Source: Fimbriimonadia bacterium (lineage in GTDB: Bacteria > Armatimonadota > Fimbriimonadia > Fimbriimonadales > JABRVX01). From it: 64,000 nt of DNA. The notes beneath the pieces are model-generated. The model saw only the letters and a list, made by a program, of their open reading frames with translations, had not been told where the DNA came from and searched no databases. The DNA is taken from contig JBGPGO010000009.1 of the NCBI GenBank assembly GCA_041483895.1, positions 96,001 to 160,000 on the forward strand. The letters are read 5' to 3'. Made by a program: the position numbers and the translations under genes. Below, in pieces: positions 49,599-59,648 of the stretch (the stretch's first letter is position 1; the number at the start of each line of letters is the position of its first letter).

Positions 49599-50183
49599 AT
49601 GAACCGCAGCATTCGATTCGCCCTTTTGGCGGCTGCCCTCGCTTGCGTAGGGGCCGTCAACGCTGATGATTTCAACCCGCCGCCGTGGCGCGGCGCGCCC
49701 ATGAGCGACTTCCAGCAGTGGGAGTTCAAAACCGATGGCCCGCTTCCGGAACTGTCCAACAACCCGTTCGGTCAACCGGCGATCACGCAGATCGGTGATT
49801 CTCGCTGGCTCGAGACCTTTGAGGGCCGCGACGGCGTCTGGTGCATTCCCGACGGCAGCGCCATGGTTTTCTTCATCCCGGATGCCGATGACCCGACCGA
49901 GCAGAAGATCATCCGAATGCAGGTCACCTACTTCGGTGGCCCGGACGGTTTCACCTGGAACGGCGGTCAATTTGACCAGGGCTATCAAGACCTTGGCAAC
50001 GGTTGGACCGGTACCTGGGCGGACTATCTGCTTCCCTGCCAGCCATTCAACGCCTACATCTCCGGTGGCCCAATCTATGTCGACGAAGTCGTCATTGACG
50101 CGGTCTGCGTTCCGGAACCGGGCACGATTGCGGCCTTCGCCGCCGCCGGTCTTGGACTGATCCTTCGCCGACGCAAGAGATAG
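49599..50183 (+). CDS. PEP-CTERM protein (paralogue 1 of 3)
   Basis: GGAG RBS, signal peptide, C-terminal VPEPG-TM-RRRKR. Confidence 0.92.
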   Translation: MNRSIRFALLAAALACVGAVNADDFNPPPWRGAPMSDFQQWEFKTDGPLPELSNNPFGQPAITQIGDSRWLETFEGRDGVWCIPDGSAMVFFIPDADDPTEQKIIRMQVTYFGGPDGFTWNGGQFDQGYQDLGNGWTGTWADYLLPCQPFNAYISGGPIYVDEVVIDAVCVPEPGTIAAFAAAGLGLILRRRKR

Positions 50184-50207
50184 GCGAACCCGAGTCCTCG
50201 AGCTCTC

Positions 50208-50240
50208 AAGGCTTCCCGCTAACAAGCGGGAAGCCTTTCT
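50208..50240 (+). terminator. Rho-independent terminator
   Basis: AAGGCTTCCCGCT-AACA-AGCGGGAAGCCTT then TCT. Confidence 0.75.
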
Positions 50241-50318
50241 GCTTGCATCAAATCACAAGAACGCCTAGCAATTCTGTCATCCCCATTTGCCGGTAATTTC
50301 GGCGCGAGCGCATCCGGT

Positions 50319-50333
50319 TGGCATGCAAATTGC
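50319..50333 (+). promoter_or_regulatory. Sigma54 promoter of PEP-CTERM gene 2
   Basis: TGGCATGCAAATTGC, 94 bp before the ATG. Confidence 0.8.
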
Positions 50334-50412
50334 CGCCTTGAAGGAAGTACGCCGTGACGGCCGGATTGAGCGCGCGGCGAACACGCATACTCACCAACTG
50401 GAGAACAACAAT

Positions 50413-50997
50413 ATGAACCGCAGCATACGATACGCCATCTTGGCGGCTGCCCTCGCATGCGTAGGGGCCGTCAACGCTGATGATTTCAACCCGCCGCCGT
50501 GGCGCGGTGCTCCCATGAGCGACTTCCAGCAGTGGGAGTTCAAGACCGACGGCCCGCTTCCGGAACTGTCCAACAACCCGTTCGGCCAACCGGCTATCAC
50601 GCAGATCGGTGATTCTCGCTGGCTCGAGACCTTTGAGGGTCGAGACGGCGTTTGGTGCATCCCTCAAGGCGGCACCATGGTTTTCCACATTCCGGATGCC
50701 GATGAGCCAACCGAGAAGAAGATCGTTCGCATCCAGGTCACCTTCTTTGGTGGCGCCGCCGGCTTCCATTGGCTGGGCGATCCCTTTGACGGTGGCTATG
50801 AAGATCGCGGCAATGGTTGGACCGGCGCTTGGGCCGACTACACGTTGCCCTGTCAGCCGTTTGACGTGGTCCTGATCGGCGGCCCGCTGTATGTGGACGA
50901 GATGGTTGTTGATGCCGTATGCGTTCCCGAGCCGGGCACGATTGCGGCCTTCGCCGCCGCCGGCCTTGGATTGGTTCTTCGACGCCGAAAGCGATAA
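50413..50997 (+). CDS. PEP-CTERM protein (paralogue 2 of 3)
   Basis: N-terminal ~80 aa nearly identical to paralogue 1; VPEPG-TM-RRRKR. Confidence 0.92.
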   Translation: MNRSIRYAILAAALACVGAVNADDFNPPPWRGAPMSDFQQWEFKTDGPLPELSNNPFGQPAITQIGDSRWLETFEGRDGVWCIPQGGTMVFHIPDADEPTEKKIVRIQVTFFGGAAGFHWLGDPFDGGYEDRGNGWTGAWADYTLPCQPFDVVLIGGPLYVDEMVVDAVCVPEPGTIAAFAAAGLGLVLRRRKR

Positions 50998-51134
50998 CTC
51001 CGAGAACAACAAGATGATAGACCCCCCTCGGTTCTCCGCGGGGGGCTTTCCGTTGCGTTCTCGATCAAGGTCTCCGAAAGCAGGCATTCCAGCCGTCCCA
51101 ATTTCCCGTTAAGCAACGCAAAACCGCCTGGATT

Positions 51135-51149
51135 TGGCATGGTCCTTGC
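51135..51149 (+). promoter_or_regulatory. Sigma54 promoter of PEP-CTERM gene 3
   Basis: TGGCATGGTCCTTGC, 94 bp before the ATG. Confidence 0.8.
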
Positions 51150-51228
51150 CTCAACTTATTGAACGCGTGGTCCCGGTGCGCCGGCACGCTCGATGGCCCA
51201 GCACACTCACCAACTGGAGAACAATAAA

Positions 51229-51837
51229 ATGAACCGCAGCATCCGATTCGCCTTATTGGCGACTGCCCTCGCATGCGTCGGGGTAGCCACCGCAGATGAC
51301 TTCAACCCGCCACCGTGGCGCGGCGCTCCCATGAGCGACTTTCAGCAGTGGGAGTTCAAGACCGACGGACCGTTCCCGGAGATTTCCAATAACCCGTTCG
51401 GCCAGCCGGCGATGACGGACGTTGACGAAGCGCAATGGCTGGAGACCAAAGAGGGACGCGATGGCGTCTGGTGCATTGGCGAAGAAGGCAAGCTTGTCTT
51501 CCACATTCCGGATGCCGAAGAGCGCGAGATGAAGAAGCTCATCCGCATTCAGATCACTTTCTTCGGTGACGACTTCCACTTCATCGGCGATCCGTTCCAT
51601 CATGGTTTCGTCGATCTAGGCAACGGTTGGCATGGTGGCTGGGCGGACTATGTACGCCAATGCAAACCGTTTGACGTGTATATCTTCGGCCCGAATGACG
51701 ACGACGGCTTGACCCATCAGGACAAGCTCTATGTTGACGAGCTGGTTGTCGACGCCGTCTGCGTTCCGGAGCCGGGCATGTTCGCCGGCCTCTCCACCAC
51801 GGGCCTCGGTCTGGTTCTTCGACGCCGAAAGAGATAA
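51229..51837 (+). CDS. PEP-CTERM protein (paralogue 3 of 3)
   Basis: Same DDFNPPPWRGAPMSDFQQWEF start; VPEPG-TM-RRRKR. Confidence 0.92.
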   Translation: MNRSIRFALLATALACVGVATADDFNPPPWRGAPMSDFQQWEFKTDGPFPEISNNPFGQPAMTDVDEAQWLETKEGRDGVWCIGEEGKLVFHIPDAEEREMKKLIRIQITFFGDDFHFIGDPFHHGFVDLGNGWHGGWADYVRQCKPFDVYIFGPNDDDGLTHQDKLYVDELVVDAVCVPEPGMFAGLSTTGLGLVLRRRKR

Positions 51838-51860
51838 CGGTCCGACGAACCCTCGGAAGT

Positions 51861-51892
51861 AATCCCTTCACAGTCTGACTGTGAAGGGATTT
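51861..51892. terminator. Inverted repeat between convergent genes
   Basis: AATCCCTTCACAGTC-T-GACTGTGAAGGGATT. Confidence 0.7.
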
Positions 51893-51922
51893 CCATTTGT
51901 TTGCACTTATCGATTCGATCCG

Positions 51923-53419
51923 CTATTGCAGCCGTACGCAGACTGCCTTTGTCTCCGTGTACAGGTCCAACGCGTCGTGGCCCATTTCGCGGCCCCAGCC
52001 CGACTGCTTGTATCCTCCGAACGGCAGCGCCGCATCGAAGATGTTGTAGCAGTTGATCCACACGGTTCCGGCCCGCAGCCTGTTGGCGATGCTATGCGCC
52101 TTGGAAATGTCGCGCGTCCAAATCCCGGCGGCAAGACCATACACGCTGTTGTTGGATGCGTCCACAACTTCGTCCAGGTTCTTGAACGGCACGGCCGCGA
52201 CGACCGGTCCGAAGATCTCCTCCTCGATCACCTTCATTCCTGGCTTCGTGTCCACGAGAACCGTGGGCTCGACGAAATAGCCGGGCAGGTTCATCTTGTG
52301 GCCGCCGACAACCGCCTTCGCGCCTTGGGTCTTACCCGATTCTAGATATCCGCACACGCGGCCGAGCTGCTCTTCCGACACCAGGGGTCCCATTTCGCAG
52401 GCGGATTCCATGCCGGGACCGACATGAATCTTCTTCGCCTGATCAGCAACGCCGCTCACGACCTTGTCGAAGATGCGCTCCTGAACATATAGCCGAGAGC
52501 CCGCGCAACAGCACTGGCCATGGTTGAAGAAGATCGCGCTGGCAGCGCCGGCGATAGCCATGTCGAGATCGGCGTCGTCCATCACGATGTTCGGGGATTT
52601 GCCGCCCAATTCCAGGGTCACCTTCTTCAGGTTTCCCGTCGCGGCTTGGGCGATCAGCCTGCCGACTTCGGTGGAACCCGTGAATGCCACTTTGTCTACA
52701 TCCGGATGGGCGGAAAGGGCCGCTCCGGCTGTCTCGCCATATCCTGGGACGATGTTGACCACGCCGGGCGGGAAGCCCGCCTCACAGATCAGCTCGCCGA
52801 GCCGGAGCGCGGAGAGCGGGGTCTGCTCGGCAGGTTTGATAACGACCGTGCAACCTGCCGCGAGCGCCGGACCAAGCTTCCACGCCGCCATGAGCAGCGG
52901 GAAGTTCCACGGGATGATCTGCGCAACCACGCCGACCGGTTCGCGCCGGGTGTAGGCATGGTACTCGGCGCCGGGAGTGTAGTGGACGCTGATCGGGATC
53001 GTGTGCCCCTCGATCTTGGTCGCCCACCCCGCCATGTATCGGAACAGGTCGGCGGCCAATGGAACGTCGGCGGCTCGGGCGATGGTCAGCGGCTTTCCGT
53101 TGTCCAAGGTCTCCAGCTGCGCGAGCTCCTCCGTATGGGCTTCTATCAGATCGGCGAGCTTCCACATCAGCCGGCCACGCTCGCTTGGGGTCATCTTCGG
53201 CCACGGGCCGGATTCGAAAGCTTTGCGAGCCGCGCGAACCGCGGTCTCTACATCTTGTCTGTCGCCTTCGGCTATGTGCGCGAGCACCTCGCCGGTGGCG
53301 GGATTGTAGGTCGGAAAGGTTCGACCGGACGCGGCTTCCACCCATCGTCCGTCGATCAGCATCTTTTTTTGCGATGCGACAAATGAGCTGACTTGTGGCT
53401 CAATTTGAGCGATTGCCAT
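51923..53419 (-). CDS. NAD(P)-dependent aldehyde dehydrogenase
   Basis: IIPWNFP, KPAEQTP, FTGST, LELGGKSP, GQCCCAGSR, EEIFGPV and PFGGYKQSG motifs. Confidence 0.97.
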   Translation of the reverse strand: MAIAQIEPQVSSFVASQKKMLIDGRWVEAASGRTFPTYNPATGEVLAHIAEGDRQDVETAVRAARKAFESGPWPKMTPSERGRLMWKLADLIEAHTEELAQLETLDNGKPLTIARAADVPLAADLFRYMAGWATKIEGHTIPISVHYTPGAEYHAYTRREPVGVVAQIIPWNFPLLMAAWKLGPALAAGCTVVIKPAEQTPLSALRLGELICEAGFPPGVVNIVPGYGETAGAALSAHPDVDKVAFTGSTEVGRLIAQAATGNLKKVTLELGGKSPNIVMDDADLDMAIAGAASAIFFNHGQCCCAGSRLYVQERIFDKVVSGVADQAKKIHVGPGMESACEMGPLVSEEQLGRVCGYLESGKTQGAKAVVGGHKMNLPGYFVEPTVLVDTKPGMKVIEEEIFGPVVAAVPFKNLDEVVDASNNSVYGLAAGIWTRDISKAHSIANRLRAGTVWINCYNIFDAALPFGGYKQSGWGREMGHDALDLYTETKAVCVRLQ

Positions 53420-53667
53420 TGTCAGAAATTCCTCCAGTACTAGTATGCGCCGGCGGCGCGGGGACCCTTCGCGTTGCCCGCAATCTTACTATACACGCTG
53501 CGGTAGAAAAGCGCAAGCGATTCTGCAGAGTATGCCGGACTTCACAGAGAGACCTCCTGTTGAGGGTCCCATTATTGCCTCCTGCCGCTGTGACGGTCTC
53601 ACGCGGCATCCAGAGGTTTGGGAACGTTACGGTCAGATGGCCGTCTACATCCGTGGGGAGGTGCGGC

Positions 53668-55011
53668 ATGCATCTGCGGAAATGGCTATCCTTCATTTTT
53701 TTTGCGTCCGCCATCGCGCCGTTGGCGGCAATGTCTGCATTCAAACTGTCGCCAGGCGAGGGCGGCCTCACGAATGAGCAGCTGATTGATTCCCTCGCCA
53801 ACATCTCATCCGAAGGTACAGGTTTCAACTCTTTCTCCATGTCCTCGACGTTCATGGCAATCAACGAGGAACCGCAATTTCATGGGGGCATCATCGGCTC
53901 GCCGAAGCCGACGGTTCCGCCGGCTATGCGCGAGCTAGTTCGTCGCGGGGTGAAGGCCCTGCCGGACCTCTTGAAACACTTGTCGGATCCGCGATCCACG
54001 AAACTCCTAGTCGCTGGCGGCGGGATTATTGTGGACGGCTGGTTCTCGGATGAATACCATCCGCGTTGGGCGGAGCCGGAAAAGCAACCAAAGAACGTCA
54101 ACCGGCTAGACGACGACGGCGGCCAAATCAACCTGAAGGCCGGCTATGTCCCGCGGGTGGGAGACCTGTGCTATGTGTTGGTGGGTCAAATCGTGAATCG
54201 CGGCCTCAATGCCGTGCGATACCAGCCATCGTCTTGCGTCGTTGTGAACTCTCCGGTTCAAATCGAAGCGCTGGCAACGGCTACGCGAAAAGATTGGGGT
54301 GATCTCACAGCCGAAGCGCATAAGAGGTCACTGATCGAAGACGCAGACAATCCGTACTCATACGCCGCCCTCAATGCGCTCAAACGCCTTCTTTATTACT
54401 ATCCGGAAGTGGGAGAAAAATTTGCTCTGCGATTCCTTGGGCGCCCCTATTATGATCCACTTGTCATTTGGCAATTCATCGAAAAGACACTTATGAAGCA
54501 CGCGAAGCCGGGCGAATGGAAAGAGGATGTCGCCACGTTCGTCCGAAGGTATGGCAAAGTCTACGCCGAAGCGCTTCCATCAAAGGTTTGGTCCGATGCG
54601 AGACACGCCTTTGATAGAAAGAGACCAAAGCCGAATCGCGCTTTGGAAATCCTCCTTGCCGTCTATCCGAACTACGGGCTCTACCATCACAAATTCCTCA
54701 ATGCCACCACGATCAGAGATCAAGCAGACCTGGTCGAAGGCCTTCAGATATTCCGATCGGCGGCCCTCGATGATGCCGTTCAGCGCGCCTTCTCGGCTGC
54801 AAAGGCATTCGCGAAAAACGTCTCGGTCCGATTCGAGGTTGACATGCTGGCGCTGGCTGCTGTGGCAAGGCTGGAAAAGAGCAAGTATGCCCCGACCTAC
54901 CTGCACTATTTCCAACAGCGCATCGCCTACATGAATAAGCTGGACGTAAAGTCTCCCGATCGATACCGATTGGACGATATGAAGAAATGGGCCACCAAGC
55001 TGCGCAAATAG
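53668..55011 (+). CDS. Secreted hypothetical protein
   Basis: GGAGG RBS with ATG at 53668 and a signal-like N-terminus; long ORF with no recognised family. Confidence 0.7.
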   Translation: MHLRKWLSFIFFASAIAPLAAMSAFKLSPGEGGLTNEQLIDSLANISSEGTGFNSFSMSSTFMAINEEPQFHGGIIGSPKPTVPPAMRELVRRGVKALPDLLKHLSDPRSTKLLVAGGGIIVDGWFSDEYHPRWAEPEKQPKNVNRLDDDGGQINLKAGYVPRVGDLCYVLVGQIVNRGLNAVRYQPSSCVVVNSPVQIEALATATRKDWGDLTAEAHKRSLIEDADNPYSYAALNALKRLLYYYPEVGEKFALRFLGRPYYDPLVIWQFIEKTLMKHAKPGEWKEDVATFVRRYGKVYAEALPSKVWSDARHAFDRKRPKPNRALEILLAVYPNYGLYHHKFLNATTIRDQADLVEGLQIFRSAALDDAVQRAFSAAKAFAKNVSVRFEVDMLALAAVARLEKSKYAPTYLHYFQQRIAYMNKLDVKSPDRYRLDDMKKWATKLRK

Positions 55012-55096
55012 CAGTTATGAATCTGTATAATGTGTTCATAGGCTTGCCGATGGAGATGCTGGTTCTTCGGCGGATTTCTTGATCGGGGGTGTCATT

Positions 55097-56179
55097 ATGA
55101 GTCGGTTGATCGGTTTCTGCTTCGTGATTGTTTTCATTGCGTTCGCGGCCGTCAGCTTAGCGGTCACGCGCGATATCGTCATTGTCCATAAGTCGAAGCC
55201 GATCGCCTACTTCGGTTTTTATCGCGCCAATCAAATGACCGGAGATGGGTGGACGTTATTCGACCGAACCGTGGATTGGGCAAGGCCGGCGGGCGCGCCC
55301 AACACTCAGGACGTCTTTCTCGCGACCTACAACGGTACGCTGAACCCAAACTCCCACAGCGCGGAGCTTGGGGGAATTGCCGTCTACAACAATCTGGTCG
55401 CCCGTGGTTTCAACGTGACGGTCGGCGCACAGGCGACGATCGAGACCGGCAACTTCGCGGCATACGATCTGGTCGTGTATGCCTGGAGCTATCCGCGAGA
55501 CGCCACGAACGTGGTCAATCAAGGAAAGCCGTTTGTTACGTTTTCTGCCGGCGAAACCGACGAATTGGGAATTGGAACCGGCGCCGAAATGATGCATGAG
55601 TACAGGGACAACTCCTGGGTAATAGACAACGCCCATTCGATCACCTCCCCGTATGCTCTCGGAGTGCTCACGTTTCCTAACAGCATGTTTATGGATGCCA
55701 CGAGCGCGTCCGGGTTCGGGCGTCCGCTGATTCGCGCGGAGGCCGTGACCATCACCGGATTCGTGAATTTGGACAGCTATGTCGCATCCCCGGAAAACAT
55801 CGAATTCAATGTGAAAGCGAAATCCGGCGCCCTCGTTCTCGACAAGATGACGGCTTTGCTTGCGAGTGACAGCAGCTATGTTGTGTACACAAACGAGGTC
55901 GGACCCTATCATCTATGGGGCAAGTGCACCCATTGGCTCTCGGAAACGTTGCCCGAGGAGGACTACGAGATCGGTGGCGTCTACAGGAGAAACTTCGATC
56001 TTTTGCGGAACGGGGACGTGGATGAAAGCAACGCCGTAAACCTCCCGGATATGAATTCCATTTTCATTGCCTTCGCATCGGCCGGCCCAGCGCCGGAAGA
56101 CCTGGACGGCGACGGGATCGTGGCACTTCCCGACCTCAACCTAACGTTCCTCAATTTCGGCCAGGTGGGGGCGGAGTAG
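55097..56179 (+). CDS. Secreted protein with C-terminal beta-sandwich and dockerin-like repeats
   Basis: Signal peptide; C-terminal NGDVDESNAVNLPD and EDLDGDGIVALPDLN..FLNFG. Confidence 0.8.
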   Translation: MSRLIGFCFVIVFIAFAAVSLAVTRDIVIVHKSKPIAYFGFYRANQMTGDGWTLFDRTVDWARPAGAPNTQDVFLATYNGTLNPNSHSAELGGIAVYNNLVARGFNVTVGAQATIETGNFAAYDLVVYAWSYPRDATNVVNQGKPFVTFSAGETDELGIGTGAEMMHEYRDNSWVIDNAHSITSPYALGVLTFPNSMFMDATSASGFGRPLIRAEAVTITGFVNLDSYVASPENIEFNVKAKSGALVLDKMTALLASDSSYVVYTNEVGPYHLWGKCTHWLSETLPEEDYEIGGVYRRNFDLLRNGDVDESNAVNLPDMNSIFIAFASAGPAPEDLDGDGIVALPDLNLTFLNFGQVGAE

Positions 56180-56183
56180 GGAT

Positions 56184-57179
56184 CTAACTCTGGCCCATCT
56201 TCGCCGCGCTCACGTGTCCCGTGCGCATGAGAATCCACCGCACGATGACAAACAGCACCAGCATCATCCCGAAGGAGCTGACGAGAGATGGGCCGGTCGG
56301 ATAGTCGCGGGCGGCTGAGATATAGAGACCCATGACGCTGGCGGCGATGGCGATTCCCCATGCCAAGACGAGTTGCTTCATGAACCCCTTCATCACCATC
56401 GAGGCCGCCGCCGCGGGGATGATTAGGAAGCTAAACACGACCAGCACACCGGCCATGCGAACCGACTCCGTGACCATCAACGCGAACGTGAGATAGAACA
56501 AGAAATCCCACCCGATCACTTTCAGCCCGGTCGCCTCGGGATTGTGCGCGCTTTCCGAAATCTGCAGGAACTGACGACGGAACAGAAAGTGAATCACGCC
56601 AATGCCGAAATAGAGGAAAAATGTCCGAATGACATCCGATTGGTTCTGAAACAGAATATTCCCAACCAGCATCGCCTCGATCTCGTCTTTGCCATGCACG
56701 GATTTGCTCAGCACCATCACCGCAAGCGCCGCCGATACCACATAGAAGATACCGATGATGGCCTCATGTGGCACGCTGTCGTCGCGGAAACGGCTGACCC
56801 CGATGAGCGCCGCCCCGATCACCGCGAAGCCCAATGAGAAAATGTATACAAGTCGGTCCTGTTCCCGGTCATGTTCCGCCTGCTGCTGTTGCTCAACCTG
56901 CTCCGGAGTCATGCCTTTGGCCTGTGCGTGTTCCAGCGCCTCAACCTGCTGTGCGAAGTCGTCGCTAGTCACTGACGAGTGCACGTCGTGGATGAAATAG
57001 GGTGATGCCAGCAGCGCCACCGTCGCACCCAGCGCGGCCATCTGTGCCAGCGCCAGGTCCACAAAAATTACTCCGCGCCGCAAAACATGCATACCCATAT
57101 AGACATGCAACCCCGTCATCAAGAGACAGATAAAAAAGGGCCACATCAGCAAATGCCAGAGCTCTATCCAATCATGCAT
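56184..57179 (-). CDS. Metal (Zn/Mn) ABC transporter permease
   Basis: GMHVLRRGVIFVDLALAQMAALG, EAIIG, GVLVVFSFLIIPA and DYPTGP motifs. Confidence 0.9.
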   Translation of the reverse strand: MHDWIELWHLLMWPFFICLLMTGLHVYMGMHVLRRGVIFVDLALAQMAALGATVALLASPYFIHDVHSSVTSDDFAQQVEALEHAQAKGMTPEQVEQQQQAEHDREQDRLVYIFSLGFAVIGAALIGVSRFRDDSVPHEAIIGIFYVVSAALAVMVLSKSVHGKDEIEAMLVGNILFQNQSDVIRTFFLYFGIGVIHFLFRRQFLQISESAHNPEATGLKVIGWDFLFYLTFALMVTESVRMAGVLVVFSFLIIPAAAASMVMKGFMKQLVLAWGIAIAASVMGLYISAARDYPTGPSLVSSFGMMLVLFVIVRWILMRTGHVSAAKMGQS

Positions 57180-57206
57180 CTCTAAACCTCCGTGGCCCTT
57201 CGCATA

Positions 57207-58208
57207 TTATTTCGCCGCCTCGACCAGTTTGGTCACGACGTTGTCGATCATGGCAATGTAGTCCTTGGCGGCCGGCTGCCCGCCGACGGAGTTGGCCGCG
57301 AGCACGACGGTGCCATTCACTTTGCCCGCCACCAGATCGGCGGGTTTGCGGGAATAGAACGGTTCCATCAGGATGATCTTCGCGCCATCCTGTTTCATGA
57401 TTTTGATCACATCGAGCACATGGCCGGGACTTGGCTGGATTCCCGGCTTGGGCTCCAGCTCTTCGACGACATCGAATCCAAATCGCCGCGCGAAGTAGCT
57501 CCAGCTTCGGTGATAGGTGACGATTTTCGTGCCCTTCACCTTCTTCACCATCCCCAGCCATCCGCCGTACCGATGGTCGCCCTTTGCCAGCCACGCATCC
57601 AGATCGCCCGCGAAATAGTGGGACCACAGCTTGTCCCCACCTACTGCCGCCGCGCACACTTTGCCGAACATCGCTCCATCGAGGTCTTCGACAAACTTGC
57701 CATAGTTGGCTTCGTATGTGGACTTTCCGGCCGAGTCCAATCGGATCAGCCGGTCGCGGATCGCCTTCGCGATAATGCGGCCGTTGTACGGATCGGTCCA
57801 ATAGTGGGGATTGCCATACGGATGGATGTCTCCCATCGACCGGTCAACGGTCCCTGTCGGCACTTCAAGCTTCGATATGCCGATGGAGGCATCGAGGAAT
57901 CCCGGACCGCCCGGCAAGATGGCGGAATTTCGGGCCCCCTGCATCAGGGGCTGGGACCAGGCCTTCTCCAGCTCCATCCCAACCTCGATGAACAGGTCGG
58001 CATTGCGCATCTTGAGCATGTAGCTGGGTTTGGCCTCGATGAAATGGGGGTCCTCCAGGCCCGACGCGATGTTCGTGACGCTCACTCGGTTTCCGCCGAC
58101 CTGCCGCGCGATGTCGGCAAGATCGGGGATAGTTGTTACGACTTTTAGGCTGGCGAGCGCCGGGAGGCAAAGCGCTCCCAGCGCGGCTAGTACAAACATT
58201 TTTTTCAT
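57207..58208 (-). CDS. Metal (Zn/Mn) ABC transporter substrate-binding protein (ZnuA-like)
   Basis: EDPHF, GDIHPYGNPHYWTDP, YHRSWSYF and EPKPGIQPSPGH motifs. Confidence 0.92.
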   Translation of the reverse strand: MKKMFVLAALGALCLPALASLKVVTTIPDLADIARQVGGNRVSVTNIASGLEDPHFIEAKPSYMLKMRNADLFIEVGMELEKAWSQPLMQGARNSAILPGGPGFLDASIGISKLEVPTGTVDRSMGDIHPYGNPHYWTDPYNGRIIAKAIRDRLIRLDSAGKSTYEANYGKFVEDLDGAMFGKVCAAAVGGDKLWSHYFAGDLDAWLAKGDHRYGGWLGMVKKVKGTKIVTYHRSWSYFARRFGFDVVEELEPKPGIQPSPGHVLDVIKIMKQDGAKIILMEPFYSRKPADLVAGKVNGTVVLAANSVGGQPAAKDYIAMIDNVVTKLVEAAK

Positions 58209-58220
58209 AAGTATCCTCCC

Positions 58221-59621
58221 TTAGAATTTGTGCGCCGGATGGGCGCCGAAGCCGACTTCATATTGCAGCCAGATAGAATGCTGTGGCATGCCAAGGAAAT
58301 CGGACTGGTCGTAGTTGTATTGGAGCCGGATGCGGCTGAACTCGGATGGGTACCAGGTCAGCGCCGGCGACACCCGCCAGCGGCGCGCGCGAAGCGGGTC
58401 GGCGCTGTTGTCTCCGTTGGCATCGGCGTAGTCGAAGCGCAACCCGGCCACCCAGTTCCTTTGATAGCCGTAGTTGAATTCCGAGTACCAACCCCAGTCC
58501 TTTAGGTCCTGGCGTGACGTCGTGACGCCCCCTGCTTGGAAGGTGCGCGACATCGCCTCCGCTTGGATCGCCAGGAATGGGAAGCCGTGGTCGTTCACGC
58601 GGGGCTTCCACTTGTAGTAGAGGTCCGTCCCATACAGCTGCGTCCGGTTCGTTGGGCCGGTATTGTTGGGTCCAAAGGCGCTGGAGAACCCAAGGTTCAC
58701 CGTCTTTTCGTCGGAAAGCTCCCAGGAGTTGAACCAACGAGCGGTGTACAGCATGTCTCCGAGGGACCGGACCTGGCGATCGATGGTTGGGGTTCCCGCA
58801 GGTCCGTCCGATCCGAGGAAGCTGGCCGCCGTCCCTCCGCCGGCGTTTTGCGTTCCCAGAATAAACTCCGAATACCAATGGAACGGCGTGAGGTATGACA
58901 GTTGAACGCCGGGATTGCGCAGGCCGTCGCCGCCGAGCAGCCGACTGGTTATGACCGGCGCATCCACAAAGTTCCACGCATGGGGATGCCGAGCGTTGAG
59001 ACGCCCGAATTGGGTGAAGTATTGCCCGCTCTTGATCTCCATCGAGTTGGGCAGGCTGGTGGTGGTGAGGAAGGCCTCCTCCACCTCCGTCTCCGTCCCG
59101 CCATCGGGACCGAGTTTGAACACCGTGTGCATCTCGGCATTGAAGTAGGGATCGACGGCGCCGTTGAGCGAGAACTCCAGATTGCGGATGTTGAAGCCGC
59201 GATCTTTCGGATCGTGGTCGCCGCCCTGAAGCTGGCCCAGCAGTGTCTGGTCGGCAGTGGACCATCCCGCCGTAGTCAGGATGTCATAGGAGACATCGAT
59301 CAGCTTGAGCTGGCCCGGCGCGCCGGTCGCGGGAGCGCTGGGCTGCCCCTGCCCGCCGCCGAGCGCCTTCTCTAGTTCGGCCTTTAGGGCTTCGTCCTCC
59401 GGCGTCTCTTTCTTGCCGGCGGACAACTCGGCGATCGTGGCCTTCAGCGTGGCGATCTCTTCGGCGTGCTGCTTATTGGCGTCTTCAAGGTCGTTGATGC
59501 GCTTGATCAGCGCATCGATTTGATCCTGCTGTTTGTGATTGGGCTGGTTGTCTTGTCCCTGGGCGGTTGCACTCAGGCAGCCGAGACAGACGATAACAAA
59601 CCCGATAAGATACCTTTGCAA
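58221..59621 (-). CDS. Outer-membrane beta-barrel metal receptor/porin
   Basis: Signal peptide, coiled coil, GAVDPYF, FGRLN..HPHAW.FVD, PSEFSRIRLQY and terminal GAHPAHKF. Confidence 0.85.
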   Translation of the reverse strand: MQRYLIGFVIVCLGCLSATAQGQDNQPNHKQQDQIDALIKRINDLEDANKQHAEEIATLKATIAELSAGKKETPEDEALKAELEKALGGGQGQPSAPATGAPGQLKLIDVSYDILTTAGWSTADQTLLGQLQGGDHDPKDRGFNIRNLEFSLNGAVDPYFNAEMHTVFKLGPDGGTETEVEEAFLTTTSLPNSMEIKSGQYFTQFGRLNARHPHAWNFVDAPVITSRLLGGDGLRNPGVQLSYLTPFHWYSEFILGTQNAGGGTAASFLGSDGPAGTPTIDRQVRSLGDMLYTARWFNSWELSDEKTVNLGFSSAFGPNNTGPTNRTQLYGTDLYYKWKPRVNDHGFPFLAIQAEAMSRTFQAGGVTTSRQDLKDWGWYSEFNYGYQRNWVAGLRFDYADANGDNSADPLRARRWRVSPALTWYPSEFSRIRLQYNYDQSDFLGMPQHSIWLQYEVGFGAHPAHKF

Positions 59622-59648
59622 GTTATTTCCTCCTGTATCGTTGAATGT

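Noticed and set aside
49599..51837. Diversity-generating retroelement acting on the PEP-CTERM paralogues
   Set aside because: No reverse transcriptase in the window; differences include indels and are not adenine-specific; all three copies are complete genes.
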